DNA of 64,000 nucleotides from Takakia lepidozioides (lineage: Eukaryota; Plantae; Bryophyta), in contig CM060731.1 of assembly GCA_030704615.1 (NCBI GenBank), positions 63,302,001 to 63,366,000 of the forward strand. The letters are read 5' to 3'. Within the stretch, counting starts at the first letter, position 1. Each line of letters starts with the position of its first letter. Below the pieces are notes generated by a model. It was not told where the DNA came from. It did not search any database and saw only the letters and a list, made by a program, of their open reading frames with translations. The translations under genes and the position numbers were made by a program. Shown piece after piece: positions 11,601-22,560 of this stretch.

Positions 11601-13407
11601 GTGTCTTCGTTTCTTTTTTGCATAGAAGGATTGACTCAGTGAGCACTTGGGAGTTTTGGTTGTACAGAACTCATCTTACACTGGCGTCGTCCTTCAACGC
11701 TGTAGTTAGTTACTTTGGCCTCTCCATCGGCTGTATTGCTCTCAAAACAACACGACGCCCTAGGGTACTTAAGCATTGAGAGCAATGAGCTCTGTCTCTT
11801 TAGTGTGTGAGGCCAGTACCTTGGTCCTTGGGTTTACTGCTGTAGTGACATTGTAATGCAGCTGAGTGTGGGGTCACTAGAATAGCATTAACAGGCTGTG
11901 TGCATACTATGCGAGTGTATCTTTTCCCATGCTCACTAATATTATTCTAGTCTTTATGATACTCTGCTTGTAAGGTGTTGACACAAGCTTCTGTCTGGTT
12001 GATGTGTAAGTATCTTACTTAAGCTTGTATGTGGAAAGTGCTGCTGACTACTTCTCACAAACAATCTATGCAGTGACAACTTTCCCAGCAACAACTTTCC
12101 CAGCAATTGGCCCCCCCCTGCAGCTGCCTTGGACCATAGAGACATCAACTGGAGACACCATAAGACATAGACTCCAAAGCGGTTAGGGTCCACCAGACTG
12201 CTCCAGCGTTTTAAACCGAGTCCACCTTCAAGCGCTGCTTAAGCTGCTCAACCTTCGAGCTCTCCAAGCGCCTCCACAAGATTAGTAGGCGAGTTGCCCT
12301 TCAAGTGCTCCTTAAGCACAGCCCATTCGTACTTCAAATCCTGCGCTTCTCGACCACAGCCGAGTCGTGCCCCAAACACTGCTGAAGCTGCTCAACCTTA
12401 GCCGAATCGTCCTTCAAGCTGTGGATAAGCTCAGGCTCGTCCTTCAAGCTCTCCAACTTTCCATGAGCTGGGGCGAGTTGACTTCACGCTCTTCAAGTTC
12501 TCCATAGGCTCAGGCGAATCATTCAAGTGCCGATTAAACTCAGGCCAGGCGGCCTTCAAGCATTGCATATACTCAGCCCAGTCTTTCAAGGTCTGCAAGA
12601 GCTGCATAAGCTCAGCGCAGTTAGTGCCACGTATAGCCTTATACCAGGACGAGTCTGGAGGTGCTTCTTTAAATTTGCTATCGTCCGCAGATCCTCTAAC
12701 TCCACCCGTGCTAGACATTGTATTATCTGGACGACCCTGGAAAACAGGAGTTGGTTTGGAAGGTTCAAGGTTGGCACACTCTGGAAAGCCCGACCTCAAC
12801 CTTCACAACATCACTAGGGCGAAAGTGACACTGCGTTTTTGGGAATCAAGGCTATGACATGTATGTAGTGCTAACTACTACTTAACATTGAAGCTGATCG
12901 GCTTCTCTTAACTGGGAGCCTGGGAGTGACGATCTAACTTTCGTCCATCACCCTTCACTACACTGCGCCCGTCTTCCATAATTTCGTCCGGTGGTCCGTG
13001 GCCCACCCCAAGCAACGACGCTTTGACAATTTCCGTTCAAAATTGGACAATCGACTCCTGACGTACACAGTTGACTGGACCGTGAAACGGAGGCCGATCT
13101 GTTGGAACACGACACGAGGATTGTTCCAACTGCGCAAGTACTCGACCGATCTTGAGATTCACAACCCAGTTTTGCGTAACACATCCACCGAGATCCCCAC
13201 ACCTTCCGACGTGACTATCCAGTCACCATCCTCCCTCAGTTATTGCACTGGTTTCTGGAGGGCCCGCCTGACAGTGGACTGAATTTTGAGCTTAAAGACG
13301 ACCCTGTGTGGACGCGCTTTGACCTCAAAAGACATCAAGGGAGTGTCGTATATTGTTAGAGCTGGAGCTGATCCTTACATATAGCCCTCAAGTTCCGGCT
13401 CAGTCAC

Positions 13408-13409
<2 letters not shown>

Positions 13410-13453
<44 letters not shown>
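13410..13453 (+). repeat. (CT)n microsatellite
   Basis: About 22 CT units upstream of lipase copy 2. Confidence 0.9.
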
Positions 13454-13456
<3 letters not shown>

Positions 13457-13670
13457 TGCCCTCTCCACCTTTCCACTTGGTGTGCAGAAAGCTGACAACA
13501 ACCTCTCTCTCAATCAAGCTCAAGCTCCTAATCAGACGGTATACATTTTAACGAGTGAAGCGATTGTTTGCACAAAGCTCAGTTCACATTTCGGGGATCT
13601 CCAGAGCTAAAATATATAAAACGGAGATACATCTCGTTCTGGCACGACACGGTCTAGACCAGTTACAAGA

Positions 13671-14966
13671 ATGGCTGGTTTACAGATAGCGAAGTCGTTC
13701 AAAAATAGGGACACCAAGTTGCAGGTGCACGACTACTCGAACATAGATGGAATTGAGCACATCAAACAAGAAGTTAATGATGCTCTCATAGCATCAAGGG
13801 CAGCTTACGAGTCCACAAGCGAAGGCGCGGTCGAGGTCTTAAATCGAAGCTATGACCTGGATACTACCAGCCAGTATGAGCTTCTCTACCACCGAGATCA
13901 GGCCAACTCCATGGCATCAGCGACCTGTGGTGGTCAGCAACAAAATTTTGTGATGGTGCGTAGCAGCAACGGGTACATCATCGTGGCCTGCCGTGGAACT
14001 GTCTCCATCTCTGACATTGTCCAAGATGTGAAGATTGCCAAGGTTCCTGTTCCTTCCACCAAAAAGGGACGTGCACAAATCGGGTTCGTGGAGCGGGCAA
14101 TGTGCTTGCCGATCGATCTGTTCCTAAATTTGCTCAGAGCAGGAGAGAAACTCCTTTTCACCGGGCATTCATTGGGGGGTGCAGTGACCTCTCTCGTAGC
14201 AATAAGGGTTCTGGAGACTTTGGCTGCTGTTCCTGGGCATGGGAAAATTTCCAGGGACAGGGTAAAATGCATCACATTTGGGACGGCACCGTTTGCCAAC
14301 CTTGAGCTTGCAGACCATGTCAATTCGCAGTATCGAGAGTTTTTCTATAATTTGGTGTCCAAGCATGACGTGGTTCCTCGTGCACACAATTTAGCTCCCC
14401 AGGTTTTCTTCCCAGCAGCAAAGTGGTTGGTTGACACGATGAGCGAGATCTGGGAGGTCCAGATCATCAAGGCCATCATAGAGACCATGACGGGCATGCC
14501 GGTGGTGAAAGTGGCGAACAGGCTGGAGGAGGGCATGCAGTGGTTGTGGCCAGCTACCCGACTATTTAAGTACATTCTTGACTGCGCAGCTGGTGACGAG
14601 GAGGCTGTCTTCTATGGCCATTGTGGGTACCTAGTTCTCCTCGATCCTGAGGCTCGAACTCCGAAATCAGTCATTCACATCGATGACATGGAGAGTTTGG
14701 GCAACGAGTTTGGCTTTGAAGGAAAATCGGTTGTTGACATCTTTGGGGAGCATGGGTTGGAAAACTATTACGGATGCCTGCTGAAAACTCTGTCGACCAT
14801 AAATGATCCTTCTTGTGAGTTGAAGCTGCCTCCATCAGAGTTTTTCGCTCCCAGTCAGCGACTTCCTGTAAGCGTTACCACGTCCATGCTGTCCAATCTG
14901 TCTCCCAGGTCTCTCTTGGTGCAGCTCAAAAGATTCATATTGAGAGTGACTGGAAACGACTTCTAG
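13671..14966 (+). CDS. Class 3 lipase, intronless, copy 2
   Basis: 431-aa ORF, nearly identical to copy 1, with GHSLGG intact. Confidence 0.9.
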   Translation: MAGLQIAKSFKNRDTKLQVHDYSNIDGIEHIKQEVNDALIASRAAYESTSEGAVEVLNRSYDLDTTSQYELLYHRDQANSMASATCGGQQQNFVMVRSSNGYIIVACRGTVSISDIVQDVKIAKVPVPSTKKGRAQIGFVERAMCLPIDLFLNLLRAGEKLLFTGHSLGGAVTSLVAIRVLETLAAVPGHGKISRDRVKCITFGTAPFANLELADHVNSQYREFFYNLVSKHDVVPRAHNLAPQVFFPAAKWLVDTMSEIWEVQIIKAIIETMTGMPVVKVANRLEEGMQWLWPATRLFKYILDCAAGDEEAVFYGHCGYLVLLDPEARTPKSVIHIDDMESLGNEFGFEGKSVVDIFGEHGLENYYGCLLKTLSTINDPSCELKLPPSEFFAPSQRLPVSVTTSMLSNLSPRSLLVQLKRFILRVTGNDF

Positions 14967-15577
14967 GATCCTTTCAAGCACTTGTAGAATGAAACTTGAG
15001 AGATAGAACATTTGTACAAATATACAGTGAAACATACCCAGGGGTGGGCCAGAGACCAAAGTGCTTGAGACCAAAGTACTCTGCATGCATCTCGCAAGCC
15101 CCAGAAAGAACGATTTCTTTCAAAAGCAATGCCCACATGAATTCCTAGTACAGTTTACGAAGTTGATCACATTGATCAATCATTAGCCACTTCAAGGGCT
15201 ACAACCTACTGAACATTAGTTACTGAGCCCTGCAAGGATCCAAGCAAAGGAATGCTCTACTTAGAGCAGGTTGGATTTGGAGCCAGGTGTAGGATACAGC
15301 GAGAGTGACCCAACAAGAGAACAGGACTTGGACAATTGTGTATTAGTAGTTACTGCTTACTAAATTTGGATCCATCCAAGTTTGACGGCCACTGTCTTGT
15401 CCCAGTTTCCAACGATGATATAAAATGATACCATGGTACGTGTGCAACTTGAGAATGGACCATATTGAAATAAACTCAGCATCTGAGCGAGGCAGGAATG
15501 TTGAATGTCATCCTACTACAGCGATCTGAATCTCTAGGCACACTAACTTGCCATTTGCAAACGAGAACTGGAGTTGT

Positions 15578-16243
15578 TTATCTCAGTTGCTCTAAGGGGT
15601 CACAGTTTTCAACAGGGGCCAACCATCCCAGGGGTAGTAGTCGTTTGAAACTGTGGTGTCTACCACAAAGCTGACTACCACAAAGCTTGAGGCGGTGTGA
15701 GAAGATTGAAGATGTACTGATGCCTCCAGACCGATGCGCACGCTTGGATTCAGCAGATTTGATGACCACTGACAGTTGCAGATCCAGGTTCTAACGCCAT
15801 GAATGCTCCAGTGATCCTCTGTGTTGCAGTCATTTCAAGAGGCAATGATTTCCCCACAGCATCCAGGAGAGGTTGTGGACCTGTCACAAGCAACTCGCAC
15901 GCCTTACCTTCTGAAGCTAGATTGACTGGCTGGAACCTTGGCAATCTTCACATCTTGGACAATGTGAGAGAGAGAAAGTTCCACGGCCAGGCCACGATGA
16001 TACATGTACGCATCAATTGCTGAGCACTACGAACCATCACAAAATCTTGTTGCTTCAGGATCTGATCCACCACAGGACGCTGATGCCCATCTTGGTGGTA
16101 GAGACGCTCATAATGACTGAATGGTATCCAAGTCATAGACCTCGACCGGCCTTCGCTTGTGGACTCGTAAGCTGCCCTTGATGCTATAAGAGAATCATAA
16201 GTTACATCTTGTTTGATGTGCTCAATTCCATCTTTGTTTTAGT
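15578..16243 (-). pseudogene. Degenerate, internally deleted lipase paralog; its start lies on + at ~16828-16892 because of an inversion
   Basis: The reverse complement of 15930-16243 matches the lipase N-terminus (GATGGAATTGAGCACATCAAACAAG; QQDFVMVRS). Confidence 0.8.
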
Positions 16244-16247
16244 AGGA

Positions 16248-16400
16248 TCTGTTGACTATGAATCTTGAGACTGCAAGCACGAATTTGCAAGCCATTACAT
16301 GTTGCCGATTTGCAATTCTTGCGCGACCAGATCACCATCACCGAGGTCACAATTGCGCGCGTGTACAACTGGGATGTGCATCAACAGCGATTAGTAAGAG
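16248..16400 (+). pseudogene. PFD3: Prefoldin subunit 3 processed pseudogene, C-terminal part (inverted)
   Basis: Encodes '[41 protein letters not shown]', the conserved PFD3/VBP1 C-terminus. Confidence 0.88.
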
Positions 16401-16897
16401 TCATCTTAGCTATCCTGGCCCTCTCTTTTCCAGCAGTGCATGATTCACTTGCCATCCTATTTATACTTCTCTTCTCTTCAGACTCCCCACGGCTGAGATT
16501 GCAAAGGGAGTCATGCGGAATGTATCATGATCTGAAGTTGGAATTGCAGTATGGTAATGGTGGTGAACCCCATTGATTCTATTTGTCTTTTGAAGCTCGA
16601 GTGATTGGGTTATAGCGGATTATCTCCAGCGCGCAGGAGAAGTACGAGCAAGAGCAAGATTCCGCACTGATCTTCCGTCGTTGTTGTCGTGCGACTGATG
16701 CGCCAACACGCATTTCGGCGATCGCTGCCTATATACATATATATATATGACGCGTCCAGAAGGAAGCGTAAATTATGGTGTCTCCTGATCGCTGCCTCAT
16801 TCTAGTCGCGCAATTCGCCAATGCTATATCTAGACCAGCATCCAAAAATGTCTGGTAGACAGCGAAGTCGTTCAAACGGGAGCTCAGGTTGGTCCTA

Positions 16898-17264
16898 GAG
16901 TCATCACATGAGTACTGATCCAGCATCACATTTGCCAAAGCCAAATGCACTGCACCGAATCGGCCTCCTCAAACTGTGCCTTCGAGTAAACTCCCTCGGC
17001 CACCTCAAATCCAACTTCATGGACCCCTGCTGAGTCGCGATCAACGCCCCTACGATCTGCAAGCACTTCTGCATGTCAGGGATCTTGGCTCGAAGATCAT
17101 CCCTTTTCTGCTCCAGCAGCTTGGTGTCTGCCAATTTGTACTGCTGCAGCTTCTCTTGCAGGACTGACAGTGCGATGGAGGTGTCCGCTTTATACTGCGT
17201 CAAGACGGATTGCACATCCTGCACAAATGGTGCTGCAGGTATGCCTCGCTGACGATGACGCCAT
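16898..17264 (-). pseudogene. PFD3: Prefoldin subunit 3 processed pseudogene, N-terminal part
   Basis: Encodes 'MASSS..RGIPAAPFVQDVQSVL...LQEKLQQYKL...LRAKIPDMQKCLQIV...DFEVAEGVYS...NVMLDQYSCDD'. Frameshifted, with no introns. Confidence 0.88.
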
Positions 17265-17957
17265 CGCTGTGCGCTAATCTAACACCCCCACTCGCCCTTC
17301 CCCTTCTCGTCTCTCTACAACAACTCACACTGGGGTGGACTGCATTTTGGAGTTCATGTTACATGAAGATGCAACAACAATTGATGATGGACGATTCAAT
17401 ATTCATCTTTTAGCACCCTGTGTGAGGAAGAGGGAATCTCTGGCTTCGGATCAGTTGTGGTGGGCATCCGTCAGCTTCTACGACACAATGTTCCGGACTT
17501 ATCCGTGTTTGTCTTGGTAGTATACACATATATTATCTCACTTTGTCTTGATGTACAGTCTGACTTGTGCCCAATCTGGAAGATGCATTCGGCCTGATGA
17601 CATGTTTCTGTTGGCTAACGGGGTAGCCGATCTCTCAAAAAACGAAGAAAAAGAAGGTGGGGTCGATATCTAGCCGAGAGATGCAGAGGAGAAGGTCGGT
17701 TGGAGAGCGGAGCGGTTCACTTTGTTTCATCAATGAATTGAAATTCATACCAGACAGAAATGAATGCAGTACTCTGGAGTCTGATCAAAAGCTGGAATAT
17801 GTATGATGAATAGCTGACCTCGGACCAGTAACTGTGGCCGCCGCCAAGCTGCACTCCATGACACGGCAGAATGAACTTGCAGTGCTGCGGACATACTTAC
17901 TGCCACATTACTATTGTCTCCGACACTCTGACCCACAGTAATGCAGGCATTCAAGGC

Positions 17958-18025
17958 ATTCATTGGGGGTTGCAGTGACCTCTGTCGGTTCTGGAGGCTT
18001 TGGCTGCTGTCCCTGGGCACGGGAA
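17958..18025 (+). pseudogene. Small lipase fragment (GHSLGG region)
   Basis: CATTCATTGGGGGT(T)GCAGTGACCTCT...GGTTCTGGAGGCTTTGGCTGCTGT matches 2432-2510. Confidence 0.7.
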
Positions 18026-18488
18026 ACCAGCAGGCTGTGTTCACCATGAGCAACGTACTGTATGATGAAAACCAAGGCAATTCCGTGATTAAAGTTCGAT
18101 AGATCAAAATTTAGTAACGCCAATGTTTAAGGTTTACTAAACATGTCCAAGTCAAGGTCCGTCTCTCTGGTTGAGCTTGGACTTCAAGAGTCCGTATGTG
18201 TATTGAAGGAGAGTGTGATGGAGCAGCAGAAGCTCTGAGAGGGAGAAAGAGCTAAACGTACTCCGATGTCCATTTGAGTATGATTCATCTTTTAATGGAA
18301 TCATTGAGCTGTTTAAACAGCCATGTGTTTACAGAGTCCTACCTATGGTACAGATGATGAAGTCACAGTTTGTGGGGCTTTCCAGATGCATACTGAGCTT
18401 TTTTGTCACAAGCATGTCACCCCTGGGTATGTTTCAATGTATATGTATGTGCAAATGTTCAATAATGCTACAAGTGCTTGAAAGGATC

Positions 18489-19781
18489 CTAGAAATTGTT
18501 GCCTCCCGCTCTCAATATGAAACTGTTGAGCTGCACCAAGAGAGACCTGGGAGAGAGATTGGACAACAGGGTGGTAATTCTCAATCCGCCTGTAAGTCGC
18601 TGACTGCGAGAGGAAATTTCGGATGCTTTACGCAAAGCAGGTCCCTCTGTGGCCGGCAGATTTTTCACCAGGCATGCATAATAGTTTGCCAACCCATGCT
18701 CCAGAAGGACATCAGCAAAAGATTTTCCTTCAAAGCAAAACTCATGGCCCAAACTCTCCATGTCGTCGATGTGAATGACTGATTTCGAATTTTGAGCCTC
18801 AGGATCGAGGAGAACTAGGTGCCCACAATGTCCGTAGAAGACAGCCTCCTCATCACCAGCTGCACAGTCAAGAATGAACTTGAATAGTCGGGTAGCTGGC
18901 CACAAGCATTGCATATTCTCCTCCAGCTTATTCGCCACTTTCACCACCGGCATGCCCGTCATGGTCTCTATGATGGTCTTGCTGGTCTGGACCTCCCATA
19001 TCTCACTTATCGTGTCGACCAACCACTTTGCTGCTGGAAAGAAAACCTGTGGAGCTAGATTGTGTGCACGAGGAACGGCATCATGCTTGGACACCAGATT
19101 ATAGAAAAACTCTCGATACCGGGAATTGACATAGTCTGCAAGCTCAAGGTTGGCAAACGGTGCCGTCCCAAATGTAATGCATTTTACCCTGTCCCGGGAA
19201 AGTTTCCCATGCCCAGGAACAGCAGCCAAAGCCTCCAGAACCCTTATTGCTACGAGAGAGGTCACTGCACCCCCCAATGAATGCCCAGTGAAAAGGAGTT
19301 TCTCTCCTGCTCTCAGCAAATTTAGGAACAGATCGATAGGCAAGCACATCGCCCGCTCCACGAACCCGATTTGTGCACGTCCTTTTTTGGTGGAAGGAAC
19401 AGGAACCTTGGCAATCTTCACATCTTGGACAATGTCAGAGAGAGAGAAGGTTCCACGGCAAGCCACGATGATGTACCCATTGCTGCTACGAACCATCACA
19501 AAATCCTGTTGCTGATCTGATCCACCACAGGACGCTGATGCCATCGAGTTGGCCTGATCTCGGTGGTAGATAAGCTCATACTGGCTGGTATCCAAGTCAT
19601 AGCTTCTATTTAAGATCTCGACCGCGCCCTCGCTTGTGGACTCGTAAGCTGCCCTTGATGCTATGAGAGCATCATTAACTTCTTGTTTGATGTGCTCAAT
19701 TCCATCTATGTTCGAGTAGTCGTGCACCTGCAACTTGGTGTCCCTATTTTTGAACGACTTCGCTATCTGTAAAGCAGCCAT
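18489..19781 (-). CDS. Class 3 lipase, intronless, copy 3 (inverted unit ~18370-21375)
   Basis: 430-aa ORF with a diverged C-terminal ~60 aa. Upstream 19782-21375 is the reverse complement of 680-1940, with indels. Confidence 0.9.
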   Translation of the reverse strand: MAALQIAKSFKNRDTKLQVHDYSNIDGIEHIKQEVNDALIASRAAYESTSEGAVEILNRSYDLDTSQYELIYHRDQANSMASASCGGSDQQQDFVMVRSSNGYIIVACRGTFSLSDIVQDVKIAKVPVPSTKKGRAQIGFVERAMCLPIDLFLNLLRAGEKLLFTGHSLGGAVTSLVAIRVLEALAAVPGHGKLSRDRVKCITFGTAPFANLELADYVNSRYREFFYNLVSKHDAVPRAHNLAPQVFFPAAKWLVDTISEIWEVQTSKTIIETMTGMPVVKVANKLEENMQCLWPATRLFKFILDCAAGDEEAVFYGHCGHLVLLDPEAQNSKSVIHIDDMESLGHEFCFEGKSFADVLLEHGLANYYACLVKNLPATEGPALRKASEISSRSQRLTGGLRITTLLSNLSPRSLLVQLNSFILRAGGNNF

Positions 19782-21375
19782 TCTTGTAGCTGGTCTAGAC
19801 CGTGTCGTGCCAGAATGAGATGTCTCTCCTTTTTATAAATTTTAGGTCTGGAGATCCCTGAAATGTGAAACTTAGCTTGTGCAAAAAATCGCTTCACCAG
19901 TTACATATTCGTTAAATCTGATTGAGCTTGGATGAGAGAGAGGTTGTTGCCAGCTTTCTGCAGACTCAACTGGTTCACAAGTGGAGAGAAGGTGGAGAGG
20001 GCGCAAGGAGAAGAGAGAGAGAGAGAGATACAGGTGGCTAAACTGGAACTTGAGGGCTATATGTAAGGATCAGCTCCAGCTCTAATAACAATATACGACA
20101 CTCCCTTGATATCTTTTGAGGTCAAAGCGCGTCCACACAGGGTCGTCTTTAAGTTCAAAATTCAGTCCACTGTCGGGGCGGGACCCTCCAGAAACCAGTG
20201 CAATAACTGAGGGAGGACTGGATGGTCACATCGGAAGGTGTGGGGAGCTCGGTGGATGTGTTACGCAAAACTGGCTTGTGAATCTCACGATCTGTCGACT
20301 ACTTGCGCAGTCGGGACAATCCTCGTGTCGTATTCGAAGTTCCAACGGATCTGCCTCCTTTTCACGGGCCAGTCAACTGTGTACCGCAGGAGTTGATTGT
20401 CGATGCCTTCCACGGTTGCCAAGCGTTCTGAAATCTTGAATGGAAAATGTCAAAGCGTCGTTGCTTGGGGTGGGGCCACCGAGCACCAAGCAAGCCTGAA
20501 AATAGAAGGGACCAGCCCTACCTTTCTGGTGCCAAAAAGCGCCATGGGAACCCGCCCTTTTCGTCTGGGAAGTGAGTTTCCTTGCGTCCTAAATCCAATG
20601 GTCTGCGGCCCATTGCACCAGAACCCTCCACAATCTCCCCACGTTTACTTGCCATCCGATCACCAGGGTTTGGCGGGCTGGGCAGGCCATGGCCACCGCG
20701 CCCCAACCCCCATTGGGCTATGGTGCCTGAAATGCTACCTTGGCATTTTCATGGTAGCCAGTTTTCATACATGGGCTATGGAGCCACCTATTCTATTTCC
20801 AGATGTGTCGGCCGTGCAATACATATGTGCTGTGCAAAAATCGTCATATTGTACAATAGCTCAGCAAACATGTAGCCAGGTAGCATCCAAGTGGACATTC
20901 TAATAGTCACCACCTCCGAACTCATCCCCAGCATTTTGTAGCCACCTCCGCGCCTATGCAGAAATGGAAAATAAAGGGCTGGAAGGGATAAGGAAGAGTA
21001 CAATGCTCAACAAACAAACAAAAGGAGAGGCTGGGGCCAAGGCCTAGGAAGCCACCAGTCACAAAACCGAAACTACACTCGGTGCTTCTGGTGTCTCCAG
21101 TTGATGTCACTATCCTCCAAGTCGGCTGCAAGGGAGGGCCAGTTGCTAGGAAAGTTGTCACTTCATAGGCTCGAGAATCGAGAATCGAGTGAGTTCTTGA
21201 GAGATCCTATATGCGTGCTACTTTACTCCAAAACCTGCATGCACTACTGAGGAAAGGATAATCCCGCCCTTAGCACAAGAGTTGAGCATCACACCACACC
21301 ACAGCTCACTACAAGGCAGAGTGGTTCTGGTGACAACAATTCCCAAAGGACAATTCCCTCACAGTCAACCAAGTA

Positions 21376-21640
21376 CATCTTCCTCTCACTACTTCGGCCA
21401 TGAGTTTTGAGGTCCAAATATGAGATTTTGAGACCAGCAGCTCAAGTCGTTATTGAGAACACTGGGAGTCACGCCAGCTCCACAACCCACACCAGAATTA
21501 GGACAGTACTCGGATTTCCTTCCACTACCAATCAACACCCCCCCCACCTTCACTCATTATTACCAGAGTAATCCTTGAAGGCTCCACAACCGTATTGAGG
21601 GCCTGGTGGCATGCGTGAATAGCCTTATCCAACGGTAAAC
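21376..21640 (-). mobile_element. Possible LTR-element 3' end remnant (PPT plus LTR start)
   Basis: On the minus strand a purine tract GAAGGTGGGGGGG is followed immediately by TGTTGA at 21537. Confidence 0.35.
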
Positions 21641-21809
21641 TCACGCGTATCCAACCAGATAATGAGCCAGCAAGTACACAGTTCAATGTAACTTTGTGAT
21701 GCAGTTGTGTATGTTACCATCCTAGATCATCACAATTTGAAAAACGAGTCATTATGTTGTTGGATTACTTGTATACCTTACTATAATTGTTGTCCACGTG
21801 TATCTAAGA

Positions 21810-22560
21810 TAATTTTTCTCACCCTTGCACTATCGTCCCACCTGCCAGCTGCGGCATAGATGTTTGATAGCAACCCATACGTTGCCGCATCCTGTCTATC
21901 CCGCTTAAGAACAGATGTTGCTGCACGTTCAGCCATCTCCACATTGCCATGGATTCTGCACACACCAAGCAAGGCCTTCCACACAATAACATCTGGTCTG
22001 ATTAGCATTTATCTAATGAGGTCCTCTGCCTCATCCAATTGCCCTGCTCTTCCAAGAAGGTCCACCATGCAGCCAAAGTACTTTAATGTCGGAGTGACAT
22101 CATGATCTTGACTCAGGGAGTCGAAGCAGTGTCTACCTTCATCCAGTAGGCCAGCATGGCTGCATGCATAGAGAACACAAATAAAGGCGATACTGTCCTG
22201 CTTCAAGCATTCCGTCTGCATTCCTTCAAATAGTTGCAGGGCCTCCCTCTGACAACCATGCTGGGCATATCCTGCGGTCATCACATGCCACGATACCACA
22301 TTTCTTTCCGCCATATTGTCGAACACTCCCTTTGCATCCTTGATCCACCCACATGTGGTAAAAATGTCCATAAGGGTATTGTTCACAATGCCATCTGGTA
22401 CAATTCCAGCTTTGACGATGTCACCATGGACCAGCTGAACAAGCTTGCGTCTGTAGTCTGTAGATTTTGGAGTGGTCTGTGAAAACGACCAGGTAACAGC
22501 TGAGCAGCTACAGCTCGCAACCCTCTCAAGCACCTTGCAAACTCCAGGAGAAGACCTTGC
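21810..22560 (-). pseudogene. PLS-E PPR pseudogene, a deleted paralog of the 44-54 kb DYW genes
   Basis: S-P2-L2-S2-E1-E2 motifs, closest to gene 44023-47373, with an in-frame stop at ~22009 and no DYW. 22435-22560 matches upstream sequence 48295-48425 / 55385-55505. Confidence 0.88.

Noticed and set aside
12200-12880. Minus-strand ORF with repeated CTTCAAG motifs, present only upstream of lipase copy 2
   Set aside because: Multiple stops, no recognisable domain and no TE termini.
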